A stretch of 64,000 nucleotides of DNA from a bacterium (GTDB taxonomy: Bacteria; Patescibacteriota; Saccharimonadia; Saccharimonadales; SZUA-47), in contig JAUHWW010000002.1 in assembly GCA_030427365.1 (NCBI GenBank), positions 48-64,047 of the forward strand. Direction: 5' to 3'. The notes under the pieces were generated by a model. That model ran no database searches and was not told the DNA's origin. It saw nothing but the letters and a program-made list of their open reading frames with translations. Positions 20,325-29,894 of the stretch are shown here, piece after piece. Position 1 is the first letter of the stretch, and every line of letters starts with the position of its first letter. The position numbers and the translations under genes are program-made.

Positions 20325-20642
20325 CTAGCGAGACAAGATAAAATCAATATAGTGCCTGAATCCAGATCTGTTGTCTTGCTCATCCTGGGGCCGGGGCTGC
20401 CTATCTTGACATAGGTTACCTAACCGCTCAAAGTCCACTCCATCTGTATCGCCAATGACCTGAAATTCTGCTGTGACATCCATGCTCGGCTGTAAGAGCG
20501 GGTCGCCAGGGATGACTTGAGCATTTCCTTCACCATCAGCAAAAATCTGCTCAGTTATTTCACGTACCCCTTCACCTGGCACAATATCCACATCAAGAAC
20601 CCTAATCAGTATTTCGGGCGTTACTCGTGAATTGTCTCCCAT
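20325..20642 (-). CDS. hypothetical protein
   Basis: 105-aa acidic ORF. Stops 15 nt before the helicase start. No motif recognised. Confidence 0.4.
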   Translation of the reverse strand: MGDNSRVTPEILIRVLDVDIVPGEGVREITEQIFADGEGNAQVIPGDPLLQPSMDVTAEFQVIGDTDGVDFERLGNLCQDRQPRPQDEQDNRSGFRHYIDFILSR

Positions 20643-20684
20643 AGAGATAGCTTAAAATAATGAAAAGTTTGATGCTAGTAATGC

Positions 20685-21494
20685 TTATTGGGGGCGCAAA
20701 GGGATAGCGGTGCGCTGGAGTTTTTCTGGCAATTCGCGCGTTGCTGCTGCCTCCTCACCGAGAGCGGCAAGTGTTTGGTCGACTGCCTCAATATGCTGCT
20801 CAATATCACTTGCGAACTGTTCGATATTGCTATCATTTCCCTGTAAGCTCTCGCCCAACGCCACAAAATGATCATTCAATGCTTTATGAACCTTTCCGGC
20901 AGCATCCGGAATCCGATTGATAGCTTTGAACTGCTGATAGGCCGATTCAAACCGTACTAAATAATTTTCTAGCTGATTCGGCTGCAGTGCCGAAATACCT
21001 TCAACTGTTGAGAGCTCACGCAAAAACCACATATTTGATAGTGTTTCTGCCACCGATGCACAATACTGCAGCATCGTGCTCGGTTGCGATAGCTTTTGAA
21101 GTGCGATTTTAGATACGGCAATTTCGCTGTGAAGCTCCCTTGCCTCAACAACGCGCGGGAGAAGCACGCTGGCGGAGTAAAATTCTGGGAACGGTGTCAC
21201 CGAGATCGAAGTTTCGAGCTGCTGTAGTGCAGCTATCGAGCTATGTTCGTAGCCTTGCAGCAGCAAGATTTCCGATGTCAGGTCGCATAACTGCGAGGCG
21301 CTGCTTTGCTCGATTGAGTTGATAACAGCGAGGGTAGCTTGTGTTGAGGCATCCTGCCGAAATTCTTCGACGGCATCAATGTAGCGCTCTGCGCGCGCGT
21401 GCTCAACCAGCGAATACACCCCAAAAAGTAGCAAGGACACTAGCACAGCAATGAGCCATGGCTCCCGCCGCAAAAACTTCCACACCCTAGTCAT
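20685..21494 (-). CDS. hypothetical N-terminally anchored helical protein
   Basis: 269 aa. One TM (WLIAVLVSLLLFGVYSLV), then a long helical region. Confidence 0.5.
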   Translation of the reverse strand: MTRVWKFLRREPWLIAVLVSLLLFGVYSLVEHARAERYIDAVEEFRQDASTQATLAVINSIEQSSASQLCDLTSEILLLQGYEHSSIAALQQLETSISVTPFPEFYSASVLLPRVVEARELHSEIAVSKIALQKLSQPSTMLQYCASVAETLSNMWFLRELSTVEGISALQPNQLENYLVRFESAYQQFKAINRIPDAAGKVHKALNDHFVALGESLQGNDSNIEQFASDIEQHIEAVDQTLAALGEEAAATRELPEKLQRTAIPLRPQ

Positions 21495-21522
21495 GCTTGT
21501 AGTGTAGCACCCCTATAATAAA

Positions 21523-21963
21523 TTATCGTGAATCAGTAATCCACGCAGCTGTCTGTCTCACCGAGCCATTAACGAGTCGACTACCGAAAATTCTGTAGAA
21601 TTCTCGCAATCCTACATCTGTTGGTGCGCCTGATTCGTATCGATTTAGGTCAAAAAACTCTCCCGCAGCACGATCAATACGCGCACTTACTTCCATAGTT
21701 GGGTCGTCGAACAGCTCTGATGACATTACTCTTCCTAGGAATGACCACGCAGTCTGCCAGCCCATCTCTGCAGCATCTGAAACCTCAACTCCACCAATTT
21801 CGACTAAATTTTGCTCAAGGTATCTGGCGTGTGATCTAACGACTGCGATAAGTGATTCTAGAGTGCTAGATTCAGTCGAAGTTCCAGCAGTTCGTGCTAA
21901 TTCAAGATACCTTTGCTCAAGGCTTTCTTTCGCCTCTGGTTGAAAAATACTATTTTCACTCAT
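21523..21963 (-). CDS. hypothetical cytoplasmic protein
   Basis: 146-aa ORF with no recognised motif. Confidence 0.5.
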   Translation of the reverse strand: MSENSIFQPEAKESLEQRYLELARTAGTSTESSTLESLIAVVRSHARYLEQNLVEIGGVEVSDAAEMGWQTAWSFLGRVMSSELFDDPTMEVSARIDRAAGEFFDLNRYESGAPTDVGLREFYRIFGSRLVNGSVRQTAAWITDSR

Positions 21964-22027
21964 TTAAGGATATTTAAACACATTATTTTAATACAAGCAA
22001 TTAATGTAAGGCTCGCTACCCGAAGTG

Positions 22028-22369
22028 CTACTCATAGCTAACTTTACACCTAGAACAATACTCCCCATTGATTAAAGGAGCTGGAGCACGAAGTTTAACT
22101 GTGCAAATTGGACATAGCGGTCGATCAGGGCTGGACGGGTCGATAAAGTATTGATGTTTATCTGCAAAATCGTATTTCTTATACTCTTTCAGTAGTTCTA
22201 CTTCTTTTTCAAGCTTTGTTATTTTATCTTTAAGAATCTGTTTTTCTTCTTGCATGTCTAGCATCAGTTTCTGCGCATCAATTAATGAAGTTACCAATTC
22301 TATATTATCCTTAAGTCTTTCTGGGGCTTGGTAATAATCGATAATTTCTCTTATATTTCTAAAATTCAT
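22028..22369 (-). CDS. hypothetical coiled-coil protein with C-terminal zinc ribbon
   Basis: 113 aa. CPIC...CSRC pair and a heptad-rich centre. Very AT-rich. ATG lies only 7 nt after the dnaK terminator T-run. Confidence 0.5.
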   Translation of the reverse strand: MNFRNIREIIDYYQAPERLKDNIELVTSLIDAQKLMLDMQEEKQILKDKITKLEKEVELLKEYKKYDFADKHQYFIDPSSPDRPLCPICTVKLRAPAPLINGEYCSRCKVSYE

Positions 22370-22375
22370 ACTTCA

Positions 22376-22400
22376 AAAACGGGGCTTTTCAGCCCCGTTT
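22376..22400 (-). terminator. intrinsic terminator after dnaK
   Basis: Minus strand reads AAACGGGGC-TGAAAA-GCCCCGTTT followed by TTGAAG. Confidence 0.7.
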
Positions 22401-22407
22401 CCTTTCT

Positions 22408-24318
22408 TTATTTGTCTTCTTCGTCGACGACTTCGCCTTCGACAGGCTCATCTTTGTCGTCTTTCTTTTCGTCACCATCGGCTTTTTCAGCTTCGGATTC
22501 TTTCGCTGCTTCTTCGTAGATCTTGCTACCGATTGGCATCATCTTCTCAGATAACTCTTTGGCTGCTGCTTCTAGTGAGTCTTTGTCAGCGTTCTCATCT
22601 TCGAGGGCTTTCTTAGCCTCTTTTACCGCGTCGTCCAGCGTTTTCTTGTCTTCATCAGACACTTTGTCCTTGTTGTCTGACACGAATTTTTCAGTCTGGT
22701 AGACCGTATTTTCTAGCCCGTTACGCGCTTCGATAGATTCACGCTTTTTCTTATCTTCTTCAGCGTGGGCTTCGGCTTCTTTCGCCATCTTCTCAACTTC
22801 ATCTTTGTCGAGGTTGCCGCTGTTTTGGATCGTGATTGACTGCTCTTTGCCAGTGCCTTTGTCCTTTGCAGTCACGTTTAGGATACCGTTGGCGTCGATA
22901 TTAAAGGTCACCTCAATTTGCGGCATACCGCGCGGTGCAGGTGCAATGCCGTCGAGGATGAATCGACCAAGCGATTTGTTATCTGCAACCATTTCGCGCT
23001 CACCCTGCACCACATGAATCTCAACCTGCGGCTGGTTATCAGCAGCGGTAGAGAATACTTCACTCTTTGAGGTCGGGATAGTAGCGTTACGCTCAATAAG
23101 CTTCGTTGCGATACCGCCCATGGTCTCAATACCAAGTGATAGTGGGGTTACATCTAGGAGCAATACGTCCTTGACGTCACCAGCGAGCACGCCGCCCTGG
23201 ATAGCCGCGCCGACAGCAACGACTTCATCAGGGTTCACGCCCTTCATTGGCTCTTTACCGAAGATGTCTTTTACCTTTGCCTGCACAGATGGCATGCGAG
23301 TCATTCCACCGACTAATACCACGGCGTCAATGTCGCTGGCCTTCACGCCGGCATCTTTCATGGCTTTTTTGCACGGCTCAGCTGTCTTGTCGATCAAATC
23401 ACTAACAAGACTTTCGAGCTTGCTGCGCGTCATTTTGTACTCAAAGTGCTTTGGCCCATCAGCATCAGCGGTCAAGAACGGCAAGTTAATATCAACTGAT
23501 TGCGCGGTTGATAGCTCAATCTTTGACTTCTCAGCCTCATCACGCAATCGCTGCATGGCTGCATTATCTTCAGTGATGTCCATGCCGTGTTCTTTTTTGA
23601 ACTCATCAGCCAAATGGTTGATGATAGCGCGGTCAAAGTCTGCTCCACCGAGGTGCGTGTCGCCGTTCGTGCTCTTTACTTCAAATACCCCGTCACCGAG
23701 CTCGAGGATTGATACGTCGAACGTACCACCACCAAGGTCATAGACAGCAATCTTCTCGTCTTTTTTGCCTTCTTTGTCGAGACCGTAGGCGAGCGCTGCG
23801 GCAGTTGGCTCGTTAATGATTCGCTTTACTTCAAGTCCAGCAATCTTACCAGCATCTTTGGTTGCCTGACGCTGTGAATCATCAAAGTAGGCAGGCACGG
23901 TGATGACCGCTTCGGTCACAGGCTCGCCGAGGAAGCTTTCAGCGTCTGCCTTCAGCTTCGAGAGTACCATTGCAGATAGCTCTTCGGGTGTATATTCCTT
24001 ATCGGCCATTTTGACCTTTACGCCAGTGCCACTTTTCACCATCTCATACCCCATGAGTTTGATGTCTTTTTGCACCTCTTTGTCGGTCCATTTGCGGCCG
24101 ATCAAGCGCTTCATTTCATAAATGGTGTTCTTTGGGTTCGTCACCTGTTGACGACGTGCCACCTGACCCACAAGTCTCTCACCCTTCTTATTCACCGCAA
24201 TAACTGACGGTGTCGTGCGGTTACCTTCCGCGTTCTCAATAATTGTCGGCTTTCCTGACTGCATAACAGCCATTGCCGAGTTGGTTGTACCTAAGTCAAT
24301 ACCGATTATTTTCGACAT
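22408..24318 (-). CDS. dnaK: chaperone DnaK (Hsp70)
   Basis: 636 aa. [18 protein letters not shown], acidic C-terminal tail. Confidence 0.98.
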   Translation of the reverse strand: MSKIIGIDLGTTNSAMAVMQSGKPTIIENAEGNRTTPSVIAVNKKGERLVGQVARRQQVTNPKNTIYEMKRLIGRKWTDKEVQKDIKLMGYEMVKSGTGVKVKMADKEYTPEELSAMVLSKLKADAESFLGEPVTEAVITVPAYFDDSQRQATKDAGKIAGLEVKRIINEPTAAALAYGLDKEGKKDEKIAVYDLGGGTFDVSILELGDGVFEVKSTNGDTHLGGADFDRAIINHLADEFKKEHGMDITEDNAAMQRLRDEAEKSKIELSTAQSVDINLPFLTADADGPKHFEYKMTRSKLESLVSDLIDKTAEPCKKAMKDAGVKASDIDAVVLVGGMTRMPSVQAKVKDIFGKEPMKGVNPDEVVAVGAAIQGGVLAGDVKDVLLLDVTPLSLGIETMGGIATKLIERNATIPTSKSEVFSTAADNQPQVEIHVVQGEREMVADNKSLGRFILDGIAPAPRGMPQIEVTFNIDANGILNVTAKDKGTGKEQSITIQNSGNLDKDEVEKMAKEAEAHAEEDKKKRESIEARNGLENTVYQTEKFVSDNKDKVSDEDKKTLDDAVKEAKKALEDENADKDSLEAAAKELSEKMMPIGSKIYEEAAKESEAEKADGDEKKDDKDEPVEGEVVDEEDK

Positions 24319-24395
24319 GTGTATTCCCTCTTATCATTATTCTGTTGATTAGCACTCGTTAAGTGCTTCTGCTAGAAATTGTAGCAGACCAAAAT

Positions 24396-24422
24396 TTAGC
24401 AGTCAAGTACTTAGAGTGCTAA
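24396..24422. promoter_or_regulatory. CIRCE (HrcA operator) upstream of dnaK
   Basis: TTAGCAGTC-N9-GAGTGCTAA. Abuts the stop of the upstream gene. Confidence 0.8.
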
Positions 24423-25217
24423 TTACTGTATTACTATGAACGGTAGCGCACCATCAGTTTTGATAGTGTCACCACCGCCGTTACGGTGGTGGTAGCCGCT
24501 TGAATAGTCTTTAACGACCTTAACTCTGACTACTGGATTGTGCTTTTTGAGTGTATTAATGACAAAATCACGTTCAATGTCAGTATTTTCTTCTATTTTA
24601 TGAGTAATTTGGAAGGTATACAGTGATAACCCAACAGATGTATCATACGTCGCGGCGCCGAGATAGTCAGCCTGAAACCCACCTGGCAGCTTCCAGCCCT
24701 TTGGACATTTCCAAAACCGCACATGATGACGTTCTTTTGTACTGCCGCCAACTTCTTGCTGAAAGGCAACGGCCTGCTTATTCCCAAATAGAAATAGTGA
24801 GCTTACTGGCGCATTTGGATAGCTACGCCCTCGAAGCGTGGAAGTAATCATTTTGCGGGTACTGCGCCAATTGAGTTCATCAGCTTCTATCCAGCCTGAC
24901 TGTTTCATCGCTTTCTTCAAATCAACTAAAGAACCGTTGTAAGCAAGATTAATCGGATCGCCAAGAATACCCTCGCCGGTACGCGCCCGTCCAATAAAGT
25001 AATCCGGCAAATATAGCTTCGTGAGAATCCTATGCATGCGTGGCAGGAGCAAGTAGGCGACTGCAAACCATGCCGCCAAAAGTCCTAAGACCGTACTCTG
25101 CGAGAAAATATTGATAGTTAACCGATATATGAGCAGTGCTGCGGCAACCGTAACGGCAAACAGCAGCAATCGCTTAAGAAAGACTGTCCGATCGAACAGC
25201 TCACGTAAGTGCTTCAT
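24423..25217 (-). CDS. LssY C-terminal domain-like membrane protein
   Basis: 264 aa. Two N-terminal TM, then DPINLAY...GW...RHHVRFW...ITHKIEENTDIERD, resembling LssY_C. Confidence 0.6.
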   Translation of the reverse strand: MKHLRELFDRTVFLKRLLLFAVTVAAALLIYRLTINIFSQSTVLGLLAAWFAVAYLLLPRMHRILTKLYLPDYFIGRARTGEGILGDPINLAYNGSLVDLKKAMKQSGWIEADELNWRSTRKMITSTLRGRSYPNAPVSSLFLFGNKQAVAFQQEVGGSTKERHHVRFWKCPKGWKLPGGFQADYLGAATYDTSVGLSLYTFQITHKIEENTDIERDFVINTLKKHNPVVRVKVVKDYSSGYHHRNGGGDTIKTDGALPFIVIQ

Positions 25218-26278
25218 TTTGCGGATGGCATATCGTCTTTTACTTTGACGTATACCTGCATTGTTGTGAGCGCGATGATAAACAGCACTGGTCCGGCAAC
25301 AATACCCAAGAAGCCAAATAATGCGAGACCTGAGAACACCGCTACCATCGTCAAGGCAGGATGAAGCTCAGCTTCTTTTGGAACGAGTTTTGGCCGAATA
25401 ACGTTATCAATGTTGGTAACGACAAGAAAATGCGTTATAAGCACAATCAATCCGCCCGGGACGTTGCCGGCGAGTATCATGATGAAGCCGATGGGGATTG
25501 TCAGTAACCCTCCGCCGAGCGGGATAATGGACAGCACCGTGAGTATCAAAAAGAAGAACGCGAAGTAGTGAATACCGGCGATCTGTACAGATAGAGCACC
25601 GACAAAGCCTTGCGCGAGTGCCACGACAAACTGACCCTTAACCATTGCATTTGTCATGTCTCTTGCTTTTTGCATGTAGAGATTCGACACTTCATCGCCG
25701 AGCGGATTCAACTTGCGTAAAAAATTGAGAAGTTTCTTGTAGTTACCGAGCAGAGCCACGAACACATAAAAGAAAATAATAATTTGCGTAATGAGCTGCG
25801 GGATACTACCGATAGTACTCTTCAAGAAATTAAGCGTCCCTTCTCCTATCGCTTTGGCTGCATTTAGCGAAGCTGTTTGTATGTCCTCAATTGACAGTTC
25901 AACCCGACCATTCGTCCAGCTATCAAGACGCTCATTGAGGGATACAAGAACTTTGTCTTCCTGCAAGAACTCGCTGCCACTTTCAATCGCCGTATCGACA
26001 TCACTCACAAGCGTTTGCACTTGAGCGACGCTGACCCAGACAACCAATATAACGGGGATTATCAGTACTAAAATACTGATGAGTGTCGTTAGTGTCACTG
26101 ACAACCCGGCTTTTTTGGTTTTTTTCGTGAGCCAGTTATTCAGCGGTACGAAAATAACCGCAGCTATTGCGGCAGCAATAATAGCAGATAGAAATTGCCC
26201 AAGTATGAGAACGGCGACAAGTGCAGCGATGCCAACTGCAACGTTCAATGCGCGGCGCTCTTGTAGATTCAGCTTCAT
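25214..26278 (-). CDS. AI-2E family transporter (PerM/UPF0118)
   Basis: 354 aa, polytopic, with a typical C-terminal FGFLGIVAGPVL segment. Confidence 0.85.
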   Translation of the reverse strand: MKLNLQERRALNVAVGIAALVAVLILGQFLSAIIAAAIAAVIFVPLNNWLTKKTKKAGLSVTLTTLISILVLIIPVILVVWVSVAQVQTLVSDVDTAIESGSEFLQEDKVLVSLNERLDSWTNGRVELSIEDIQTASLNAAKAIGEGTLNFLKSTIGSIPQLITQIIIFFYVFVALLGNYKKLLNFLRKLNPLGDEVSNLYMQKARDMTNAMVKGQFVVALAQGFVGALSVQIAGIHYFAFFFLILTVLSIIPLGGGLLTIPIGFIMILAGNVPGGLIVLITHFLVVTNIDNVIRPKLVPKEAELHPALTMVAVFSGLALFGFLGIVAGPVLFIIALTTMQVYVKVKDDMPSAK

Positions 26279-26616
26279 GATTTTTCCTTCGTTTCTGCAT
26301 TGTTAAGAACGCGGCGAGCCATCGCATAGCGAAGCAGGTTATTTACAAACGCCGCTAAAATAGCAATCCCAACGAGCAGGTACCCCATGACAAATAGTTT
26401 TCCGCCCGTTGTTTCTGGAGAAATATCGCCGAAGCCTACGGTCGTTAGCGCTACAACAGAAAAATACGCTGCATCAAGATAGGTAAGTCCTTCAAGATAC
26501 CGCATCATAAACGTACCGATCAGGATAATAACGAGCGCTGTCAGCGCAATGATAACAAAGACCACCCGCACCTTCTTAGCTTCATCTACTGTCATTTGTG
26601 GCGTTGGTTTTTTCAT
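26275..26616 (-). CDS. two-TM potassium channel
   Basis: 113 aa. Selectivity filter TTVGFGD between two TM helices. Confidence 0.8.
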   Translation of the reverse strand: MKKPTPQMTVDEAKKVRVVFVIIALTALVIILIGTFMMRYLEGLTYLDAAYFSVVALTTVGFGDISPETTGGKLFVMGYLLVGIAILAAFVNNLLRYAMARRVLNNAETKEKS

Positions 26617-26619
26617 CGG

Positions 26620-27108
26620 CTAGCTTTCGATATAAGAGTTAAGCTTTTGTGCCACTTGGGATGGGTGCTTTACCCCGCGGAGCACGACCGTTTCTGTTGA
26701 TCCGCTTTTTGCAAACTCCAGTGTGACGTCTCCATGATCACGAGATTTCATCATGCGATAAGCATTTGATGAGGAGACTTTATGCAAATTTTTCAATGAT
26801 CGACTACTGCTAGAGTGCTGGCGTGAGTTGCTTTGAATAATGAGCTTATTATTAGCAACGAAATAACTAACACGCGCCCACCCATCAATCAAGCTATACA
26901 GCGCCATGACCGATGTGAGCGAAATCCCAACAAACAAGAGTATCGACAGCCAAATGAGCGTTGCATCAATGCCAAGTGCGCGCCGAATGGCAACGACAAC
27001 TAATAATGTACCCAGTATCATCGCGTAGCTTGTTAGCACCATCGCAATAACGTTTGCGATAAACGGCTTCGTGCTACGCTCAATCAGAAAGTCTCTCTGC
27101 TCACTCAT
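26620..27108 (-). CDS. membrane protein with probable PH (YdbS-like) domain
   Basis: 162 aa. Two TM helices plus a C-terminal beta-rich region. Confidence 0.45.
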   Translation of the reverse strand: MSEQRDFLIERSTKPFIANVIAMVLTSYAMILGTLLVVVAIRRALGIDATLIWLSILLFVGISLTSVMALYSLIDGWARVSYFVANNKLIIQSNSRQHSSSSRSLKNLHKVSSSNAYRMMKSRDHGDVTLEFAKSGSTETVVLRGVKHPSQVAQKLNSYIES

Positions 27109-27153
27109 GTCTTATCTGTTAGTAAAGCAGATAATCTCTTTTGTTGCAAAATA

Positions 27154-27477
27154 CTATTTGTCGTCTTCTAGACGAAGGCTGATGCCGCCTGATGATTCAG
27201 CGATAAGGTTAAACACTACACCATGCAAATACCCGATGAGCCAACCGAGTCCAAAATAGAGAAACGGTAAGACGAGTATGCTGACGACGCCAGTTGCGAG
27301 ACCGAAGGCCATACCACTTAGAACACTTTGCGTTTCCTCAGCGATGTCAACCGTCGCACGTAAGCTATGGATGATGGCTACACCGAGGCCGATAGCCCCA
27401 AAAAATGTTCCTTCAAATAGTGCTACTGATGAAGCTTTTACTCCAACAACTCTTTTGTTCATGTTTGACTTTGCCAT
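27154..27477 (-). CDS. small membrane protein
   Basis: Start chosen at MAKSNMNK (the track ORF extends to 27519). Three hydrophobic segments. Confidence 0.5.
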   Translation of the reverse strand: MAKSNMNKRVVGVKASSVALFEGTFFGAIGLGVAIIHSLRATVDIAEETQSVLSGMAFGLATGVVSILVLPFLYFGLGWLIGYLHGVVFNLIAESSGGISLRLEDDK

Positions 27478-27487
27478 ACTAAACTCC

Positions 27488-28135
27488 TTATTTCTTACTT
27501 TCAACATACGCATATGCATCTAATCCAAAATCACGCATTGCAATTTTTGCTTGAACATTCATTGCAACGACCGAACCGGCAATCCAGACGAAGAACCAAA
27601 GGAATGATTGATCAACGGTGTCGAGTACAGAGCGGATAACTCCTTGATCATGTAGTTGGTCAAGCGTCACTTCTCCGGCGAATAAGAACACGCCCCCGAG
27701 AATTAGCGCAACGCCGAGCATTGCAGTCACAGTGAAAACGAGTGTCACTGATATTTGACTTCCTGAGCCGTATGCCAGTCCCAGCACAGCTCCAGACAAG
27801 CCAAGCAGCGTCAGCACAAAGCCATTATCTTCAAGCCCGAGCGCGATGCCTAGATAAGTTAACGCCGTGGCGCCAAGTACTGCCATCAATACAGTAATTG
27901 CAACCCCGTAAAACGCAAACGATAACAGTCCCATAATGATTGCCACAATGATGGCCATCAGTATCGCGATAGTCAAACTAATCGCTCCAGATCCAAAAAT
28001 AGCTTGGACGCCACCAAATCCCACCATTGCACCAACGATCAACCCTGTGATCGGCAGCATAATACGAAACAAACGCTGACCATAGACAGCGAGAATCCCG
28101 CCCACGAGCATAAGCCCGGTCGCGAAAACTAACAT
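27488..28135 (-). CDS. Gly/Ala-rich polytopic membrane protein
   Basis: 215 aa, about 6 TM. AGGAGGTG RBS upstream. Confidence 0.55.
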   Translation of the reverse strand: MLVFATGLMLVGGILAVYGQRLFRIMLPITGLIVGAMVGFGGVQAIFGSGAISLTIAILMAIIVAIIMGLLSFAFYGVAITVLMAVLGATALTYLGIALGLEDNGFVLTLLGLSGAVLGLAYGSGSQISVTLVFTVTAMLGVALILGGVFLFAGEVTLDQLHDQGVIRSVLDTVDQSFLWFFVWIAGSVVAMNVQAKIAMRDFGLDAYAYVESKK

Positions 28136-28215
28136 GTAACACCTCCTAGTTAACTTGTTAACGACATAGTAGCATTAATTCGTTAACGCGCCTCATAATG
28201 TGATGAAAATCACAC

Positions 28216-28404
28216 CTAGTTGGTGTCTAGCGGTCTGAACACATCATTTAGCTTCCCAGCCGCCGCATCTTCTTCGCGCCAAGCCTGGACAGCCGCCGCA
28301 TTTGACCTAGAGTACTGCGTCAAATCACCATCCGCCCACTCGCCAGTGAAACCCCTGACCAAGAACTCTTCTGTTTCAATTGTTCCTTTTTCGAAGTCAT
28401 ACAT
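28216..28404 (-). CDS. hypothetical small protein
   Basis: 62-aa ORF directly downstream of grpE. Confidence 0.35.
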   Translation of the reverse strand: MYDFEKGTIETEEFLVRGFTGEWADGDLTQYSRSNAAAVQAWREEDAAAGKLNDVFRPLDTN

Positions 28405-28418
28405 TTTTCCCTCTTTTC

Positions 28419-28895
28419 TTAGCTTTTTACTCGCACCATTGCCGGGCGAAGCAGTTGATCACCAAGCATATAGCCGCTCTGAAGTTCTTCGGAAACGACT
28501 TCATCGCCATCACCCTCTTCGTGGCTGACAGCTTCCATGGTGTTTGGATCAAAGTGTTCGCCAACCGTTTTAATGCGAGTGACCCCTATTTTCTCAAGTG
28601 TTTGCAGGAATTGTTTATGGATCCCGGACACTCCTTTGGCAAATTCGGAATTATCAGCCTGCTGCATAGCACGATCGAAATTATCAATAATCGGCAAAAG
28701 CTCTTTGATCGCAGAACCCTTGAAGAAGTTTGCCAAGGCCGCTCGCTCTGATTCAGCTCGCTTGCGCACATTCTCAGCATCAGCTCGTTCACGCAGCAAG
28801 GCTTCATTCAGCCGAGCATTTTCCTCAGCTAGCTCTTCGGCGACTTTTTTATAATCAACTTCTTCTTGCTTTTTGTCGTCTTTTTTCTTTGTCAT
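28419..28895 (-). CDS. grpE: nucleotide exchange factor GrpE
   Basis: 158 aa. Lys-rich N-terminus, coiled coil, and the C-terminal beta domain typical of GrpE. Confidence 0.93.
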   Translation of the reverse strand: MTKKKDDKKQEEVDYKKVAEELAEENARLNEALLRERADAENVRKRAESERAALANFFKGSAIKELLPIIDNFDRAMQQADNSEFAKGVSGIHKQFLQTLEKIGVTRIKTVGEHFDPNTMEAVSHEEGDGDEVVSEELQSGYMLGDQLLRPAMVRVKS

Positions 28896-29212
28896 GAATT
28901 GATCTCCAAAAGTGCTTCTCCGCCAAGTTCCACTGCTGTCGCTATAGGCTCCACATCGGGAGCTGAACCATAAAGAGGCTTACCTGATGAGCTAAAAGCC
29001 CAAGTACCTCGACGAGGCAAAGCATCTAAATCAGAAGGATTTTTCATACTTAGGAATGAAGCATACAACCCAGAAAACCTTGCTAATCTAGCTGCTTCTG
29101 TCGGATTTACTCCGGCTTCGATATTCAGCCTGAGGGTTTCTGCGTAGCACTGACTTGGTGACCTCAGCTCAGGCATACAATGCATCCTCCAGCATCTTTC
29201 CGGCGTTGCCAA
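28892..29212 (-). CDS. possible small ORF between hrcA and grpE
   Basis: 106-aa track ORF. Its stop overlaps the grpE ATG (ATGA) and its 5' end overlaps the hrcA 3' end. The real start may be an internal Met. Confidence 0.3.
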   Translation of the reverse strand: MATPERCWRMHCMPELRSPSQCYAETLRLNIEAGVNPTEAARLARFSGLYASFLSMKNPSDLDALPRRGTWAFSSSGKPLYGSAPDVEPIATAVELGGEALLEINS

Positions 29213-29882
29213 CGAGGCCCATGACTTCCTTGTAACTTTGACGCGTTGGGCCGATAACCCCGATGAAACTCTTATCAGAATACGGACTGCGGAACTTGCT
29301 GATGATTAGCGAACAGCCTGCACTGCGGCCAATTGGGTTTTCAGAGCCAATATAGACACTAAGCGGTTTGTTCGGTGCAGCTTCACGAAGCCATGGCTCA
29401 AGATTATCAAGCAGCCGGGCGACTTCTTGCACCTGACCAGCTTGCATAAATTCAGGCTGTCCAAACAAGTTTGACAGTCCACTCATATACAGCTGCTTGC
29501 CAATTGTCGCCACGCCCAGATTCTGCGTAAGTTCGACCAATGTATCAACAGTATTGCGAATAGCACGCTCAGGGACACTACCTTCACCGATACGCGCTGT
29601 CAATGCACGCTCTGCCCTGGTTGTCGGCCCTATATCACCTGATTCAGCCGTCTGGTTTACGTAAAAACGATACCCCTTATCTGTTGGAACGCGGCCAGCA
29701 CTGGTGTGGGGCTGTTCGATAAAACCCATATCCTCAAGACGCGCCATTTCAGCGCGAATCGTCGCACTCGATACGTTAAAGATTTTGGCCAGAAGCTGCG
29801 ATCCAACAGGGCTGGCAACTTCAGCGTACTCTTCAACAATAGCGCGCAGGATTTTTTCTTGTCTCTCTGTCATTGTCGACAT
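29169..29882 (-). CDS. hrcA: heat-inducible repressor HrcA (compact form)
   Basis: 237 aa. N-terminal wHTH (ERQEKILRAIVEEY...SSATIRAEMARLEDMGF) and a canonical C-terminus (GVIGPTRQSY). Confidence 0.9.
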   Translation of the reverse strand: MSTMTERQEKILRAIVEEYAEVASPVGSQLLAKIFNVSSATIRAEMARLEDMGFIEQPHTSAGRVPTDKGYRFYVNQTAESGDIGPTTRAERALTARIGEGSVPERAIRNTVDTLVELTQNLGVATIGKQLYMSGLSNLFGQPEFMQAGQVQEVARLLDNLEPWLREAAPNKPLSVYIGSENPIGRSAGCSLIISKFRSPYSDKSFIGVIGPTRQSYKEVMGLVGNAGKMLEDALYA

Positions 29883-29894
29883 AATGCACTAATT

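Noticed and set aside
22013-22021. CGCTACCCG, resembling the end of repeat D1 (CGCTACCCGCC), just downstream of the AT-rich zinc-ribbon gene
   Set aside because: Only an 8-9-mer matches. A 7-mer is expected several times by chance in 128 kb of two-strand sequence, and no flanking homology to the repeat modules exists.
23120-23743. 207-aa plus-strand ORF inside dnaK
   Set aside because: It is antisense to dnaK, has a Ser/Pro/Thr-rich nonsense-like sequence, and has no RBS.
24349-24367. Second CIRCE-like sequence TTAGCACTCGTTAAGTGCT upstream of dnaK
   Set aside because: The left half is perfect, but the inverted partner AGTGCT follows after only 5 nt instead of the canonical N9 spacing. It is probably a degenerate half-site, not a second operator.
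29169-29882. HrcA looks truncated (237 aa against the roughly 340 aa typical)
   Set aside because: Both the N-terminal wHTH and the canonical C-terminal GVIGPTRQSY segment are present in one frame. It is more likely a compact ortholog than a pseudogene.
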